A stretch of DNA of 64,000 nt, taken from assembly GCA_000004985.1 (NCBI GenBank), contig GG738900.1; one strand, written 5' to 3'. Below, in pieces: positions 1-10,964 of this stretch (positions are counted from its first letter, which is position 1; every line of letters starts with the position of its first letter). The DNA comes from Naegleria gruberi. Taxonomy: Eukaryota. The notes below the pieces were generated by a model, which saw only the letters and a list, made by a program, of their open reading frames with translations, did no database searches and was not told where the DNA came from. The translations under genes were made by a program, and so were the position numbers.

Positions 1-1195
1 TCAACTTCTAGTAATTTGGATATATTGGATGTTAAAGTTAAACAAGAGGTTGAACATTACAAGTATATTGTCTATCAAGTACCTGGAATGTATGAAGAAC
101 TTACAGTTCATGAATTTATTCTTAAAGGCCTTCCACCAGCAACAAAGATTTATTACAGGATTGCAATGAAAAATGATGAAACAACAACAAGTGAAACATT
201 CTCTTTCATTACTCAAAAATCAAGAAGTGAATTATTGAAGAGTGATGAACCTTTCCAATTTTTGGTTTATGGTGATATGGATATTTTCAATGATGGACAA
301 AATACTATTGATTCAATTATGAGAAATCACATGAAGGATACTCAATTCATTCTCCATATTGGTGATATTCCTTATGTTTGGAATCATGAACATGAATACA
401 AGTGGGAAAAGTGGTTTGATATGATTGAACCAATTACTTCTGCAATGCCATACATTGTTTGTAACGGTAATCATGGTAAGTTTTATTTCATGTAATGAAA
501 ATTTACAATAATTGTAACTAGAAAACGCTTCTAACTTTACCTCTTACAAGACCAGATTCACTAATAGTACTGTTTCAGTAACAACCAAGTCAAATACTCA
601 ATCAAACTTGTATTATTCATTTGATTATGGTTCAATTCACTTTATTACTATTAGTAGTGAACATGATTATGCTTTGCAAACAAGATGGATGGAGGAAGAT
701 CTTGCAAAGGTCAATAGAGAAGAAACTCCATTCATTATTTTCTACTCACACAGACCAATGTATAGCAGTAATGAAAACCATGGAAGTTATGACCCAATCA
801 GAATTGCAGTTGAACCTCTTTTGAGAAAGTATAAGGTTGACTTGGCATTATTTGGTCACGTTCATGCTTATGGTAAGTAGTGATATCATCTTGTGTAATA
901 ATGTTTACTAATTTTATTAACAACAGAGAGAACTTGTCCAATCTCGGAACAAGGTGTTTGTGACAAGAAGAAGCACAGAAATTACTTTAAGAATGCTGAT
1001 GGTACCATTCACATCCATGTTGGCACAGCAGGTTTTGAACTTAATCAAAAATGGGATCCAAAACCTGAATGGAGTACATACAGAGAAACTAATCATGGTT
1101 ATCTCAGAATTAAAGTTTTTGGCAAACGTGCTCTTTCTGTCGAATTTTTGAGAAATGGTGTTACAACAGCTGACAGTTTTTTGATTGAGAAATAA
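1..1195 (+). CDS. Purple acid phosphatase (calcineurin-like metallophosphoesterase), 5'-partial; exons ~1-475, 522-872, 927-1195
   Basis: Translation carries the PAP metal-ligand motifs in order: GDMD, HIGDIPY, GNHE (split by a 46-nt GTAAGT..AG intron at 476-521), FYSHRPMY, and GHVHAYER (split by a 54-nt intron at 873-926). The reading frame is open to base 1, so the N-terminus lies upstream of the window. Confidence 0.85.
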
Positions 1196-1455
1196 ATTGG
1201 TGGTCGTTTTTATTAATTTCTTTGAGGAAGTATTCTTGACAATACTTTCTGAACACAATCAAAAAATACAGAACTAATGACATTCAACTGTCAAGGGGTT
1301 TGGAATAAAGATGATTAAGATATAAGGATTCATTTATTTTTTTTCAAATACATTCAATTGATTGAAAAACAGATTGATTAGATAGATTTACATGGATAAA
1401 AATTTACTTGGTTTCTCGAAAACTACAATAAGACCAATTCATGTTACATTCACAA

Positions 1456-2897
1456 TTATAAGAGAAGTTTTCTCAGTGCAGTGAATGTTGCAACTTGATT
1501 ATTAGAAGCAAATTGTTTAACTTTCAGCAAACTTTGATAAAGAGCTCCAACAGTAATTCCCTGTTTGTTCAAATCTTCGACAAGAGGTGCTAATACTTCC
1601 ACTTCTTTTCTTTGGAATGAATAATAAACTAAACTCTTTTGAGCTAAAGAAGCAGAAATTACTTGAATGATTGCCTTCAACTCCACGTCACCCAAGAATG
1701 CCCCACATCCCCAGTTTCCAGTTGAAATCTTATCCATTGTCTTGGAAGATGAGAAACCAGAGAGAGATTTGATAATTTCTCTATCAATGGTTTCCTTTTC
1801 CCATTGTGAAAGGAAATTTAACTTATTGAATATCAAAGCATCAATAGCACTAGTTTGTTTCAATGAATTTCCATTTGAATCCTTATTCAAATCTATAAAA
1901 TTACCAGCATAATCCAAACTAAACGCATAACCCTTGTGTTTAGAATATTGCTCAGCACCAGTAATTAAAATAGATTCCCTATCACCCATGACATGACAGA
2001 ACAATCTGGCAATATTCATTTCAGGACACAATGAGAATTCAATTTCTTCTTGAACTATGTCGAATATTGATTAGTTGAATCACATATAGTATACATACCA
2101 CATCCAAATGAAATAGAAGCTCCTCCAATAAATTTGTTAGCAAAATCAATTTGAACTGCATCATGAGAATCAGCAATAGATCCCTGACTATTAACATGAA
2201 CGTCACATAGTGGCAAATCGCTATATTCAAAGCTTGGAATTGGAGTCAAATAATGTCTTGTAAATGAAATGCCAAGATTTGGATTTGATGAATAATCAGC
2301 AAAACTCTTATGAACTCTAGCAAAATAGTTCAATAACATCATTGTCTTGGCAAATTGAGGTCTAAAATTAGGGAATTTTCCATACATTTCATCATAATTA
2401 ATTGATGGGAAATATTTCCACAATGGATCATAACTGAGTCTATACCAAGTACAGAAAAAGCTATTTGCTAAAATACATGCAGCTCCAAGTTTAGAAATTG
2501 TTAAAGTTTTCGATTCTCCCTTCTTTAAATATTGAATTGATTGTTTAGGAAGATAATCCTCACTCTTTAATACTAAATGTGCAATAAATGGAATAACAGT
2601 ACTCAAGAAATCATCACTATTATAATCGTCAGGATAATATTGTTCCTCAAATAATTCCATAGCTTGATATAATACAAGATACTTGTCGGGATTTTCATCT
2701 TCCTTCTTAGGCTTTCCGAAATGATTCACCTTGATCGATTCAATAATATCAATTACTAATTGTTTGGTGATGGATTTCGGATCTTGTACCATAGGTTGTA
2801 ATTTTGATTGTATAAATGGCCATGATGAATATTCGTATGGAAATTGAACATGTTCGAGCGTGGCTTCGTGATCTTGTGTGACAATGATTTGGGACAT
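1456..2897 (-). CDS. PARG: Poly(ADP-ribose) glycohydrolase; exons 2099-2897 and 1456-2054 joined across a 44-nt GTATGT..TAG intron
   Basis: PARG catalytic signatures are present. The first exon ends DFANKFIGGA..GCG and the second continues VQEEIEF across the splice. Further downstream is TGNWGCGAFLGD. Splicing restores the GGG-X-QEE motif. Confidence 0.88.
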
Positions 2898-3029
2898 TTT
2901 TTTTTAATTGTTTACAACTCACTGGAGAGAGAAACGTGAACTTTGTAGAGTTTACAAAACAAATGAACCAGAGTTCAGTTTGCAAAGATTTACAAAATTC
3001 AATGTGTGTTATTTTCATTGATCCATTTC

Positions 3030-3981
3030 TTAAAGTTTTGATTGTCTCTTGTCAATGAGAGAGTAATCATTTGGTCCATAAATTTCCAATCTGTGATATG
3101 AATTAGGAATGCCACTGATATTGTCTGATGACTTGTGGAGACAATCTCCTGGTAAAATGATTATTTGCTTTGGAATTCTTTCTCCATAAACTCCTCTAAC
3201 TGATTCATCCTTGTTATTAATCATTATTGGAAGAATTGGTTGATGATTGAGATCAACATTCTTATTTCTGGACTCCTCAATGATATGATTCCATGTTTGA
3301 TATTTACATAAATGATTCAATATACAATAAGTTGGAGGTGCCAAGAGAATTTTCTTTTGTACAAAACTTGAAATTGCTTCATCTGGTGACATCCATACAG
3401 AGTTGACATTCTCACTTCCATCGTGTGAAATGTCAAATTCAAAATCTTGTTCACTCTTTGGATTGGAAATGTAAAATTTAGTATCAAATCTAGATGGTGC
3501 CAATTCTGGAGTAATCCATCTCTGATATGGAATTAATGAATCAAGATCCAATGTCAAATTATATTGAGATAGCATTTGTTTGAATTGATTGGCTTCATTG
3601 TGAACTACATTTCTCCAATTATTTTGCATAATCTCTTTAACTGGAACCTTTTCCTTGCAAACCAAAAATCCAGCTGTATTTTCAATTGTTAAATATTAAC
3701 AATTCGAAGATTTTCACATTTTACAAACCTTCTTCAAAAGATTCTCTGATAGCACAAACTTTATCCTCATCTCCTAATTGACCATCAGTAGTCTCCAAAG
3801 CACCACCAGGAAAAGTACTACTCTTTGCAAAACTCTTTGATGATTCATTTCTCTCCAATAACAATAATTTATAATCAAAACTTGAATTGGATGATGAAAA
3901 ATTGTAATTTCTCCTTTTCAACCATTCGACAGGAACAAGATAAATTAGAGAGGAAGCTCTTCTCGGAATTGATGGAGGCAT
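3030..3981 (-). CDS. Nudix hydrolase, NUDT19-like acyl-CoA diphosphatase, with C-terminal SKL peroxisomal targeting signal; exons 3729-3981 and 3030-3673 (55-nt intron)
   Basis: Nudix box FPGGALETTDGQ..AIRESFEEGL. Downstream RFDTKFYI and LLAPP motifs resemble NUDT19/RP2p. The protein ends ...KRQSKL*. The second-exon ORF starts at TTG in the track, so it is an internal exon. Confidence 0.72.
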
Positions 3982-4681
3982 TTGTTTTTTCTAAAATTAT
4001 GATTAAATACAGTGATGCAGACGATTCCTTTGAATGTGATGTATTTTTTTATATTGTTCTAACGTTTAATTGTTGATTGATTACAAGTAATATTAAGAGT
4101 TGAATAATATGGTATGAATTATTGGTTGTTTCACATTCCATGACTCAATAACAAAATATTATAAGCAAGTGAGAGAAAGCAGATAAGATCCATTCTCCAA
4201 TATTTGAAATGGATAATGACCCTTTTCAAAACGTAGAACACATGGATAACCACAATTTCAAATTGCAAAGATGAATTTCAACAACAATTGGTTGTAATTT
4301 AAATCCTTCCTTATCAGAAAGTTATTAGACACTAATCAATTCTCATCATTTCAAAGTAAACAAATACAATTCAATCTAATACCTTATTCTTTTAGTTTCC
4401 CCATCAATTATGTTCTTCATTAAATTGGATTCAAAGCTGGTCCTTTCCTCATTTGATGATTATGATGACGACCAAGGCAGCATTATTTTGCTTTCATCCC
4501 GAAGTTGAATTTTTTGAAAAAATATTTGAACTCAAAATCAAGCAAAATAGGACAAGAAAACGCTTTTTTCAATAGAGAGCAAGAATTTAGCTCGTCAGCA
4601 GAGTTGTTTAAATTTATAATATTATTGAAAATATTGTGATATATAATTTATTTTGTTATTATTATTATTAGTGCGAGATAG

Positions 4682-6427
4682 TTGGTAAACTGCTATTTAT
4701 ATGATAACCAACAACAACAACAATATAAGACTGTAGAATTTTTATTAACCGCAAAGATGCAGTTAAATCTTAACTATTTTGTGAGAGTGTTTATGCTCAA
4801 ACTGTGGTTTTTAATTTTCAATTATCCACTTTCTCTACTTACGGCCATCCTTTCCATGATGATAATTTATAGAGCTTCACAGAAGAAGAATTCGCCTCTT
4901 CCTCTCGATAAAAGATTACCTATTGAAGATAGTAGTAGTGGTACAACACTTGGATCATCAGGAATAGGTTCTCTTATATCTAATTCTGTTAATTCTGTTG
5001 CTGATGTAACAACAGTGACTTCTTCATCTAATAACAACAACAACAACAACTGGTCGGCCACAGTTGCTTCAATTTATAGTTCTTCATCTGATGATGAAAC
5101 GGAAAAACCAACATCAAGATTTACTAGTTTTATTAATTATTTCTGGGGAGGAGGAAAAACTCATCACAACGTTGATGACAATATCAGCACAACAAGTACA
5201 TCATCAGAAAATTCAACAATCTCCCCAGCTGATGGTAATCATATGTATTCCATGTTTGATAATGTTGATTCTAATGATCCAAACCAAAGTAATCTTTTAC
5301 GATGTCCTCCTAAATTATTAGAAGATCCAATGAAGTTGTTGGGAAGAACTGTCTTGATGGTAGGAGGTTGTTGTGAAGGTGTAGGATATGAAATTGCTTA
5401 TGCACTTGCACAGTTAGGTGCTAGAAAGGTTGTTTTAGCTTGTGCAAATGAACATGAAGCCCAAGAAGCAATCGAGAAAATGACAGATATTAGTCGAGGA
5501 GTTGTTGAATTTATGCATCTAGATTTATCTTCCATTCAAAGTATACGTCAATTTGTTAATTTCTATCAAAATGTTATGAATTATGAGTGCCACGTCCTAG
5601 TTAGTACTGTTCTTTGCACAAGACAGAGTAACATGGGAAAGAACACTTCTAATAATAACAGTAGTAGACAATTACAAAACCAATTTATTGGTCCTAGATT
5701 TACCAAAGATGGTTATGAAAAAAACTTCCAACTCAATTATTTGGGAAGAATTATTCTTATTGATATGATGTCGGATATGTTAAAGAGAAATCATACAAGG
5801 GTTGTTAATGTTGTGGAAATATTAAGTGAATCCCTTAAACAACAAAAACCTATGAAAATGATACCTAACTCTGATTTGAATGCTAGTACATTCAAGAAAG
5901 CATATACTGAACAAGACTATTTTAATTACTCTATGAGATGTAATTTATTATGGATTAAAATGTTTGCAAAGAAATATCAACAAGATGGTGTGACAATTTG
6001 TTGTTGCGACCCTGAACTTCCTGGAACCTACAAACCTCCAATTCCTGATATTATTAATCAACCTACCTCTACTTCCTCACTTCTTTCAGATCCATATTTT
6101 ATGGATCCAAACTCACATGATGTATTGTCAATCACTAATGAATACGCTGAAGAAATTACCAATTTTGATAAGATACAAAGTTTACTTTATGGGTCACTAT
6201 GTGATAAGCAATATTTTGAAAATGGTGCCTACATAACGAATTATAGAACTAAAAAACTTCCTTCCTCCTATTCGAATAAGAAAGATATGGAGCTGAATTG
6301 GGAACAAACAGCTTCACTCGTAACAGAGATACAGAGTTCTGTCATTTCTCAACACTCCTCTCCTTCAATCAGTGTTAATTCTTCTCCTACCCTTCCCATC
6401 CCTTCCTCCTCTCAGAACGAACCATAA
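4682..6427 (+). CDS. Short-chain dehydrogenase/reductase-like protein (retinol-dehydrogenase-like) with N-terminal hydrophobic anchor and Ser/Asn low-complexity inserts
   Basis: A Rossmann-like segment VLMVGGCCEGVGYEIAYALAQLGARKVVLA is followed by HLDLSSIQSIRQFV and Y..S...NLLW, as in RDH/WWOX-type SDRs. The glycine motif and YxxxK look degenerate. The likely start is the in-frame ATG at 4757. Poly-Gln and poly-Asn runs are present. Unrecognised introns are possible. Confidence 0.5.
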   Translation: MVNCYLYDNQQQQQYKTVEFLLTAKMQLNLNYFVRVFMLKLWFLIFNYPLSLLTAILSMMIIYRASQKKNSPLPLDKRLPIEDSSSGTTLGSSGIGSLISNSVNSVADVTTVTSSSNNNNNNNWSATVASIYSSSSDDETEKPTSRFTSFINYFWGGGKTHHNVDDNISTTSTSSENSTISPADGNHMYSMFDNVDSNDPNQSNLLRCPPKLLEDPMKLLGRTVLMVGGCCEGVGYEIAYALAQLGARKVVLACANEHEAQEAIEKMTDISRGVVEFMHLDLSSIQSIRQFVNFYQNVMNYECHVLVSTVLCTRQSNMGKNTSNNNSSRQLQNQFIGPRFTKDGYEKNFQLNYLGRIILIDMMSDMLKRNHTRVVNVVEILSESLKQQKPMKMIPNSDLNASTFKKAYTEQDYFNYSMRCNLLWIKMFAKKYQQDGVTICCCDPELPGTYKPPIPDIINQPTSTSSLLSDPYFMDPNSHDVLSITNEYAEEITNFDKIQSLLYGSLCDKQYFENGAYITNYRTKKLPSSYSNKKDMELNWEQTASLVTEIQSSVISQHSSPSISVNSSPTLPIPSSSQNEP

Positions 6428-6778
6428 AACCCAATTTTCAACAAGTGAAAGAATCAATTATTTTATTAATCATCATCTACAGTAATCAATTTTTCGAAGA
6501 AGAAACAATAGATTTGCGTTTTTTGTCTTGTTCATGGAAGTACAAGAATGTCCACTTTACAAAATTTCCTTCTTATTCAAATACGCACCATCAACAAGTT
6601 CATCAGAGGAAGATAACAAGGTAAACAACGTGTTAAAAATGTGTGGCTTCTCTGTGTTTACTTTCGCTGGCGTTGTCAAAATTGTTCTATAAATACATCC
6701 GTACAAAAAACACATGGTAAAAAAAATGTTCAAAACAACACCGTACCTATTAACAACAGCACACAACATCTCCCACCA

Positions 6779-7894
6779 ATGTCCTTCATTCACTACAATC
6801 CACTGGATGGAACTTCACCAAAGAAGAAGCAATTAACATTGGATGAACTGAAGTCCGTTCTTCACTTAAGCCAAGAGCAAGCTGCTAAAGTACTTGGTAC
6901 ATCTTCTTTCAAACTTCGCTCTTTATTCAAGAAGCATAGAGAGGAGCTTTCTATGGTTAGATGGCCAACACAAAAGGCTAGACAACAAATGCTAACCAAT
7001 AACAACAACAACAACAACATCATAGTGAAGGAAGAAGAAGAATTTCCTAGAGATGAAAATGACTTTCCAATCTTTAAAAAATCTCTCATATACAAGCAAC
7101 AAATCAAAAAGGGCAATAATCCATTCACTTCTATTGAACCTAAAATATTATATCTTCCTTCTCCACTTGAAAATAATCAACATAATGTTAACCATGAATC
7201 AATTTATTCCGGTTATACAGATGATGATAAGATTTTCACCTTTAACAAATATGAACTACAAGATTTCTTACATTTTTTGGAAATGAAAAGATTGGAAAAG
7301 GATATTTGTGATCGTATGATTGGTAGAGTAGCAAATGGATTCAAGAAAGTTGTATTCTGTATGCCAGTTTCAAAGTGTACCAGAAATGTATTTACCAGTT
7401 ACTTTGATATGTATGGAGAACATTGTACAATTAGAAGTAGAAAGGTTCTTGGATACGATTCTATTGGCTGTTTTACAAAAAGAAATGTTTCAAGATATGT
7501 GTTTGAATTTCCATATTTACCAACATTCGGAAATGGACGATGGACTTTGAATCAATATAGTTTAGATAATAATAATTATGAATCGGAATTTGAAGATGGG
7601 GAAGGAATAACAATATTCAACGATTCTACATCAACAACAAGTAGTACATCATCAAATGATTTCAGTTTTCCAGTTATCGAAGACAATGATTATTCATTTT
7701 TAGGAGAGGAGTTGAATGAGTTTAATGAACATTGCAATAGACAATTGGAATTCATGGAAGGATGGGATCATGTTCGAAACATGGTTTATAGATTAAGTGT
7801 TTCTCATAATTCAATCACTCAACTGGTTACAGTTTCATTCGGAATGATTTCTTTGAAGTTGTGGTATGATGGAACCTATAAAGAAACATTTTAA
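6779..7894 (+). CDS. RWP-RK domain-containing putative transcription factor
   Basis: The N-terminal segment LTLDELKSVLHLSQEQAAKVLGTSSFKLRSLFKKHREELSMVRWPTQKAR matches the RWP-RK consensus (L..L...F...AAK.LG...T.LK..CR..GI.RWP.RK). The ORF is open from 6641, but the first plausible Met that keeps the domain is at 6779. An Asn run follows. Confidence 0.65.
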   Translation: MSFIHYNPLDGTSPKKKQLTLDELKSVLHLSQEQAAKVLGTSSFKLRSLFKKHREELSMVRWPTQKARQQMLTNNNNNNNIIVKEEEEFPRDENDFPIFKKSLIYKQQIKKGNNPFTSIEPKILYLPSPLENNQHNVNHESIYSGYTDDDKIFTFNKYELQDFLHFLEMKRLEKDICDRMIGRVANGFKKVVFCMPVSKCTRNVFTSYFDMYGEHCTIRSRKVLGYDSIGCFTKRNVSRYVFEFPYLPTFGNGRWTLNQYSLDNNNYESEFEDGEGITIFNDSTSTTSSTSSNDFSFPVIEDNDYSFLGEELNEFNEHCNRQLEFMEGWDHVRNMVYRLSVSHNSITQLVTVSFGMISLKLWYDGTYKETF

Positions 7895-8002
7895 TAAAGT
7901 ATAACATTTAATCTATCACTTCTATACCATCATTATCACTTACATCAACAAGTTCAACAATAACATTAATCAACTTCAACTTCTGATTCACCTAACAAAG
8001 TA

Positions 8003-8051
8003 TTTTTTGACCCTGCAGTAAAAATAAAAAATTTATTGCAGGGTCAAAAAA
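8003..8051. repeat. Perfect 15-bp inverted repeat (TTTTTTGACCCTGCA / TGCAGGGTCAAAAAA) with 19-nt AT loop
   Basis: Read directly: arms 8003-8017 and 8037-8051 are exact reverse complements. Loop is gtaaaaataaaaaatttat. Confidence 0.9.
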
Positions 8052-8693
8052 ATGCTTAAACAACCCAAACGCAAAAAACAAAAACAGGACCATCAAAACA
8101 CAACTTCATCAATAACAACATCAACCCCAACAACATCAACAACAACAACAACAACTTCATCGATTAGAAAGTGTATTGTTAATTGTATCAATAATCAAAT
8201 ACACTTTTCTAAATCGGAAACACTAGTAACTTTATTAAAAGATTCAATGAATAAGAAGGAGTCATCAAATGAAATTTGTATTGTTTGTAAAAACGGAACA
8301 CCAGATAGTCATAAAGTTAGACCCTATGATCATTTTAAACCACATTCTAAAAAGATTATTAAATTATCAAATAATATTCCTATTAAATCTATTAATAATT
8401 ATGATGAGTTAATTAAAGAAATGATTAGTAATAATTTTGCTAAATTTAAGAATAATAATAATATTATTGAACAATATAATGATTATGTTAATACTAAATT
8501 ACAATTAAATGATGAAGAAAAAGAATTAATATTTACAAATAATTTTTTTAACAAATTTAATTTTAAACATGATAGGCTCGATACTTTAGATTATTTACAT
8601 AAAATTAATACACTACAACAAAAAATTAATACAGCTATTTGTCTTCAAATTCTTTTAAAGAATTTTGTTTCGAAGATAAAAAATTCTGAATAG
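8052..8693 (+). CDS. Hypothetical low-complexity (Thr/Asn-rich) protein; coding status uncertain
   Basis: A 213-aa ORF with a poly-Thr tract and Asn-rich composition. Its ATG directly abuts a 15-bp perfect inverted repeat. Its 3' end overlaps a Met-less ORF on the opposite strand. Confidence 0.3.
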   Translation: MLKQPKRKKQKQDHQNTTSSITTSTPTTSTTTTTTSSIRKCIVNCINNQIHFSKSETLVTLLKDSMNKKESSNEICIVCKNGTPDSHKVRPYDHFKPHSKKIIKLSNNIPIKSINNYDELIKEMISNNFAKFKNNNNIIEQYNDYVNTKLQLNDEEKELIFTNNFFNKFNFKHDRLDTLDYLHKINTLQQKINTAICLQILLKNFVSKIKNSE

Positions 8694-9134
8694 TTTCATG
8701 TAGAATTCCAATATCATCAAATAATAATACTTCATTTGTTTCATTAGAAGTTCTTTCTTTCAAATTTGGTAAAATAATATTATCCTTAAAAAAGTAAAAT
8801 ATTTTAAATCCAGTTATTACTAAATGAATATTAAATAATTGACGTTTAAAATCAGTAGTATCTGAATGTAAATGAGAGCCATTAGTTGAATCTGTAGATA
8901 TCCATAGATCAGTCCATTCAGTACATAATTTAGAATCTTTAATTAATGGTGAAATGGACTTGAATTATGTATTGTTGGACCTGGCCAAAGTATTGTGTTT
9001 AAAGAACATGTTCCTCATGGAACCTTTAATTGGGGTCCTATTACAATAAGTTTTGGACAAACTTATTTTGGAAATGAAATTGAAAAATTGATTTTCAATA
9101 AGAATCCAAATGATATTTCTTTATTGATTCAGGA

Positions 9135-9746
9135 ATGTGCAATTTAAGTAATTATTTGTGGAGAAGTGATGATGATAAGCAAGTTTCAATTATAGAAAGA
9201 ACTCCTATGAAAAGTTCTAAAGTTAATGAGTCATTTATTATTGATTGCAGCCCGCCAACAACAGTTCTTCTTAACAAACCAAGTACCACTACCATAATTC
9301 CAACCAGTGACGAAACTTTGGTAAATAGATCTCCATCAACCAAAAGAAAAGTAGATGCAATTAATGTGAAGGAATTATCAAAGAAAGCTGTTAAAGCTAT
9401 CAAGACAGATAATGAACAAAACGATTATACTATGTCAGAAACTTCATTACTTTTACAAGAATTAACAGATATTCTTTCAGATAGAGAAGAAAGAGATGCT
9501 TTAAAAAGAAAAGTTGAGCTAGAAGAAGGTTTTTATGAGTATTGTATGCAATTTTATCAAAAGATTATTACAGAAAATAAGAAAAAGATGGAATTGTTAG
9601 AAAATCAATTCGGTGAAATAGAGGCATTATCTATTGAAGTATCTTCCTATATCACTAAAAGACGAGAGAAACTAGAAATACAAGATAAAATAGAACACGC
9701 TGCTATCAAAGAAGAATTGAAAAAGCTTTTTGCAGAAGAAAAATAA
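9135..9746 (+). CDS. Hypothetical coiled-coil protein
   Basis: 203-aa ORF. The C-terminal half is strongly helical and charged (ALKRKVELEEGFYEY..KKMELLENQFGEIEAL). No family recognised. Confidence 0.45.
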   Translation: MCNLSNYLWRSDDDKQVSIIERTPMKSSKVNESFIIDCSPPTTVLLNKPSTTTIIPTSDETLVNRSPSTKRKVDAINVKELSKKAVKAIKTDNEQNDYTMSETSLLLQELTDILSDREERDALKRKVELEEGFYEYCMQFYQKIITENKKKMELLENQFGEIEALSIEVSSYITKRREKLEIQDKIEHAAIKEELKKLFAEEK

Positions 9747-9760
9747 ACTATTTTCATGAC

Positions 9761-9890
9761 TTTACATTTATTTACATTTATTTACGTTTATTTACATTTA
9801 TTTACGTTTATTTATATCAAATAATTACAAATAGTAATGTCTTTTTAAGTTTATTTACGTTTATTGAAATATTAACGTTTATTTATATAT
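9761..9890. repeat. Minisatellite: 10-bp unit TTTACRTTTA in about 6 tandem copies plus degenerate copies
   Basis: Read directly: tttacattta tttacattta tttacgttta tttacattta tttacgttta ttta.. at 9761-9816. Further gtttatttacgttta-like copies run to about 9890. It sits just 3' of the stop codon at 9746. Confidence 0.8.
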
Positions 9891-10036
9891 ATTACTATTT
9901 GTTGAATAAATTAACAGTATTTATTATTAATAAAACCTAGTTTAATGTTTAATCATAATGAAGCAAACAATTTGTATTAAATAATAATCATTTGATACAT
10001 AATAATACATAATCTTCCGGCATGGAATAATAGGTG

Positions 10037-10067
10037 CCTGCAGTATTTATTTTTAAAATACTGCAGG
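10037..10067. repeat. 12-bp inverted repeat (CCTGCAGTATTT / AAATACTGCAGG) with 7-nt loop
   Basis: Read directly. It shares the CCTGCAGTA core with the hairpin at 8003-8051. It lies about 70 bp upstream of the ATG at 10137. Confidence 0.85.
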
Positions 10068-10136
10068 TATTAATTATCAGCCGAGTTTTTTTGCACAGCC
10101 ATCGCTGGGAGGTTTTTACCACCCTCTCATTTTAAC

Positions 10137-10916
10137 ATGTCAAACACCACAGAATCAGACAAACTTCACAATGATGAAGCAGTGTGCGTCTCGTCATCCG
10201 ATGAAGAAGAATTTATCAGCAAGGATAAGCAAAAAGGTCACAAGGGAGTATTTATTGAAATCGGAGAACGTATGAAAAGATATGAAGCCAATCAAGGATT
10301 ATTCTTGGATGAAACCAAGCCGTATATGGCCAGATTGGATGGTCATAAATTCTCAACATTTGCTCGTCCATTTAGGTATGTAATGATATGAATTGATTGT
10401 ATTAAATTAATTCTTGATATTCAGAAAGCCATATGATAACTTGTTGCATGCAGTCATGGTTCAAACAGCTGCTGATCTGTGGAACAATTTAATGATGNNN
10501 NNNNNNNNNNNNNNNNNNNNNNNNNNNNNNNNNNNNNNNNNNNNNNNATTTGGGCAGCATTCTATTCTACCAAGGAAATGCATGGATTGAAAGCTCGTCA
10601 AGTTGTTGAGAAATTGAAAGAGGATAAGAATGTTGATTGGAATGATTATCCAATGGGTTATCGTTACGGAACTTTTATTAAAAAGTCAAAATACGAAAAG
10701 AATGTCAAGAATCCAAAAACAGGTGAAGAATTGGTGTGTATGAGAACTAAATCAGAAGCATTTTCATTCAAATTGGAAGATTTCGATTCAAAATATATTG
10801 AATTGTTTAATCTCAAGACATGGAATGAAGTTTTTGAAAAGGGAATTTTGAATAGAGATGATTTAATTCTTGAGCCATTGTTTAGTGATTTGTTGGCTTC
10901 AGATAACAAAGAATAA
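10137..10916 (+). CDS. tRNA-His guanylyltransferase (Thg1/Thg1-like family); exons ~10137-10375, 10425-10497, gap, 10548-10916
   Basis: The segment YEANQGLFLDETKPYMARLDGHKFSTFARPF(R)KPYDNLLHAVMVQTAADLWNNL matches the Thg1 N-terminal core (RLDG..F..F, KP.D, M...A). One 49-nt GTATGT..CAG intron lies at 10376-10424. The CDS is interrupted by a 50-N assembly gap, so the downstream frame is inferred from the ORF. Confidence 0.6.
10498..10547. other. Assembly gap (50 N)
   Basis: Run of n characters in the sequence. Confidence 1.
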
Positions 10917-10964
10917 AGTTTCGAATAAATCTCCTTTTCAATATTAAAAAAATAGATCTGAAAA

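Noticed and set aside
16-495. Stand-alone 159-aa ORF at the window start
   Set aside because: The frame is open to base 1 and continues through two introns into 608-880 and 927-1195 with purple acid phosphatase motifs. It is the first visible exon of a larger gene, not a separate gene.
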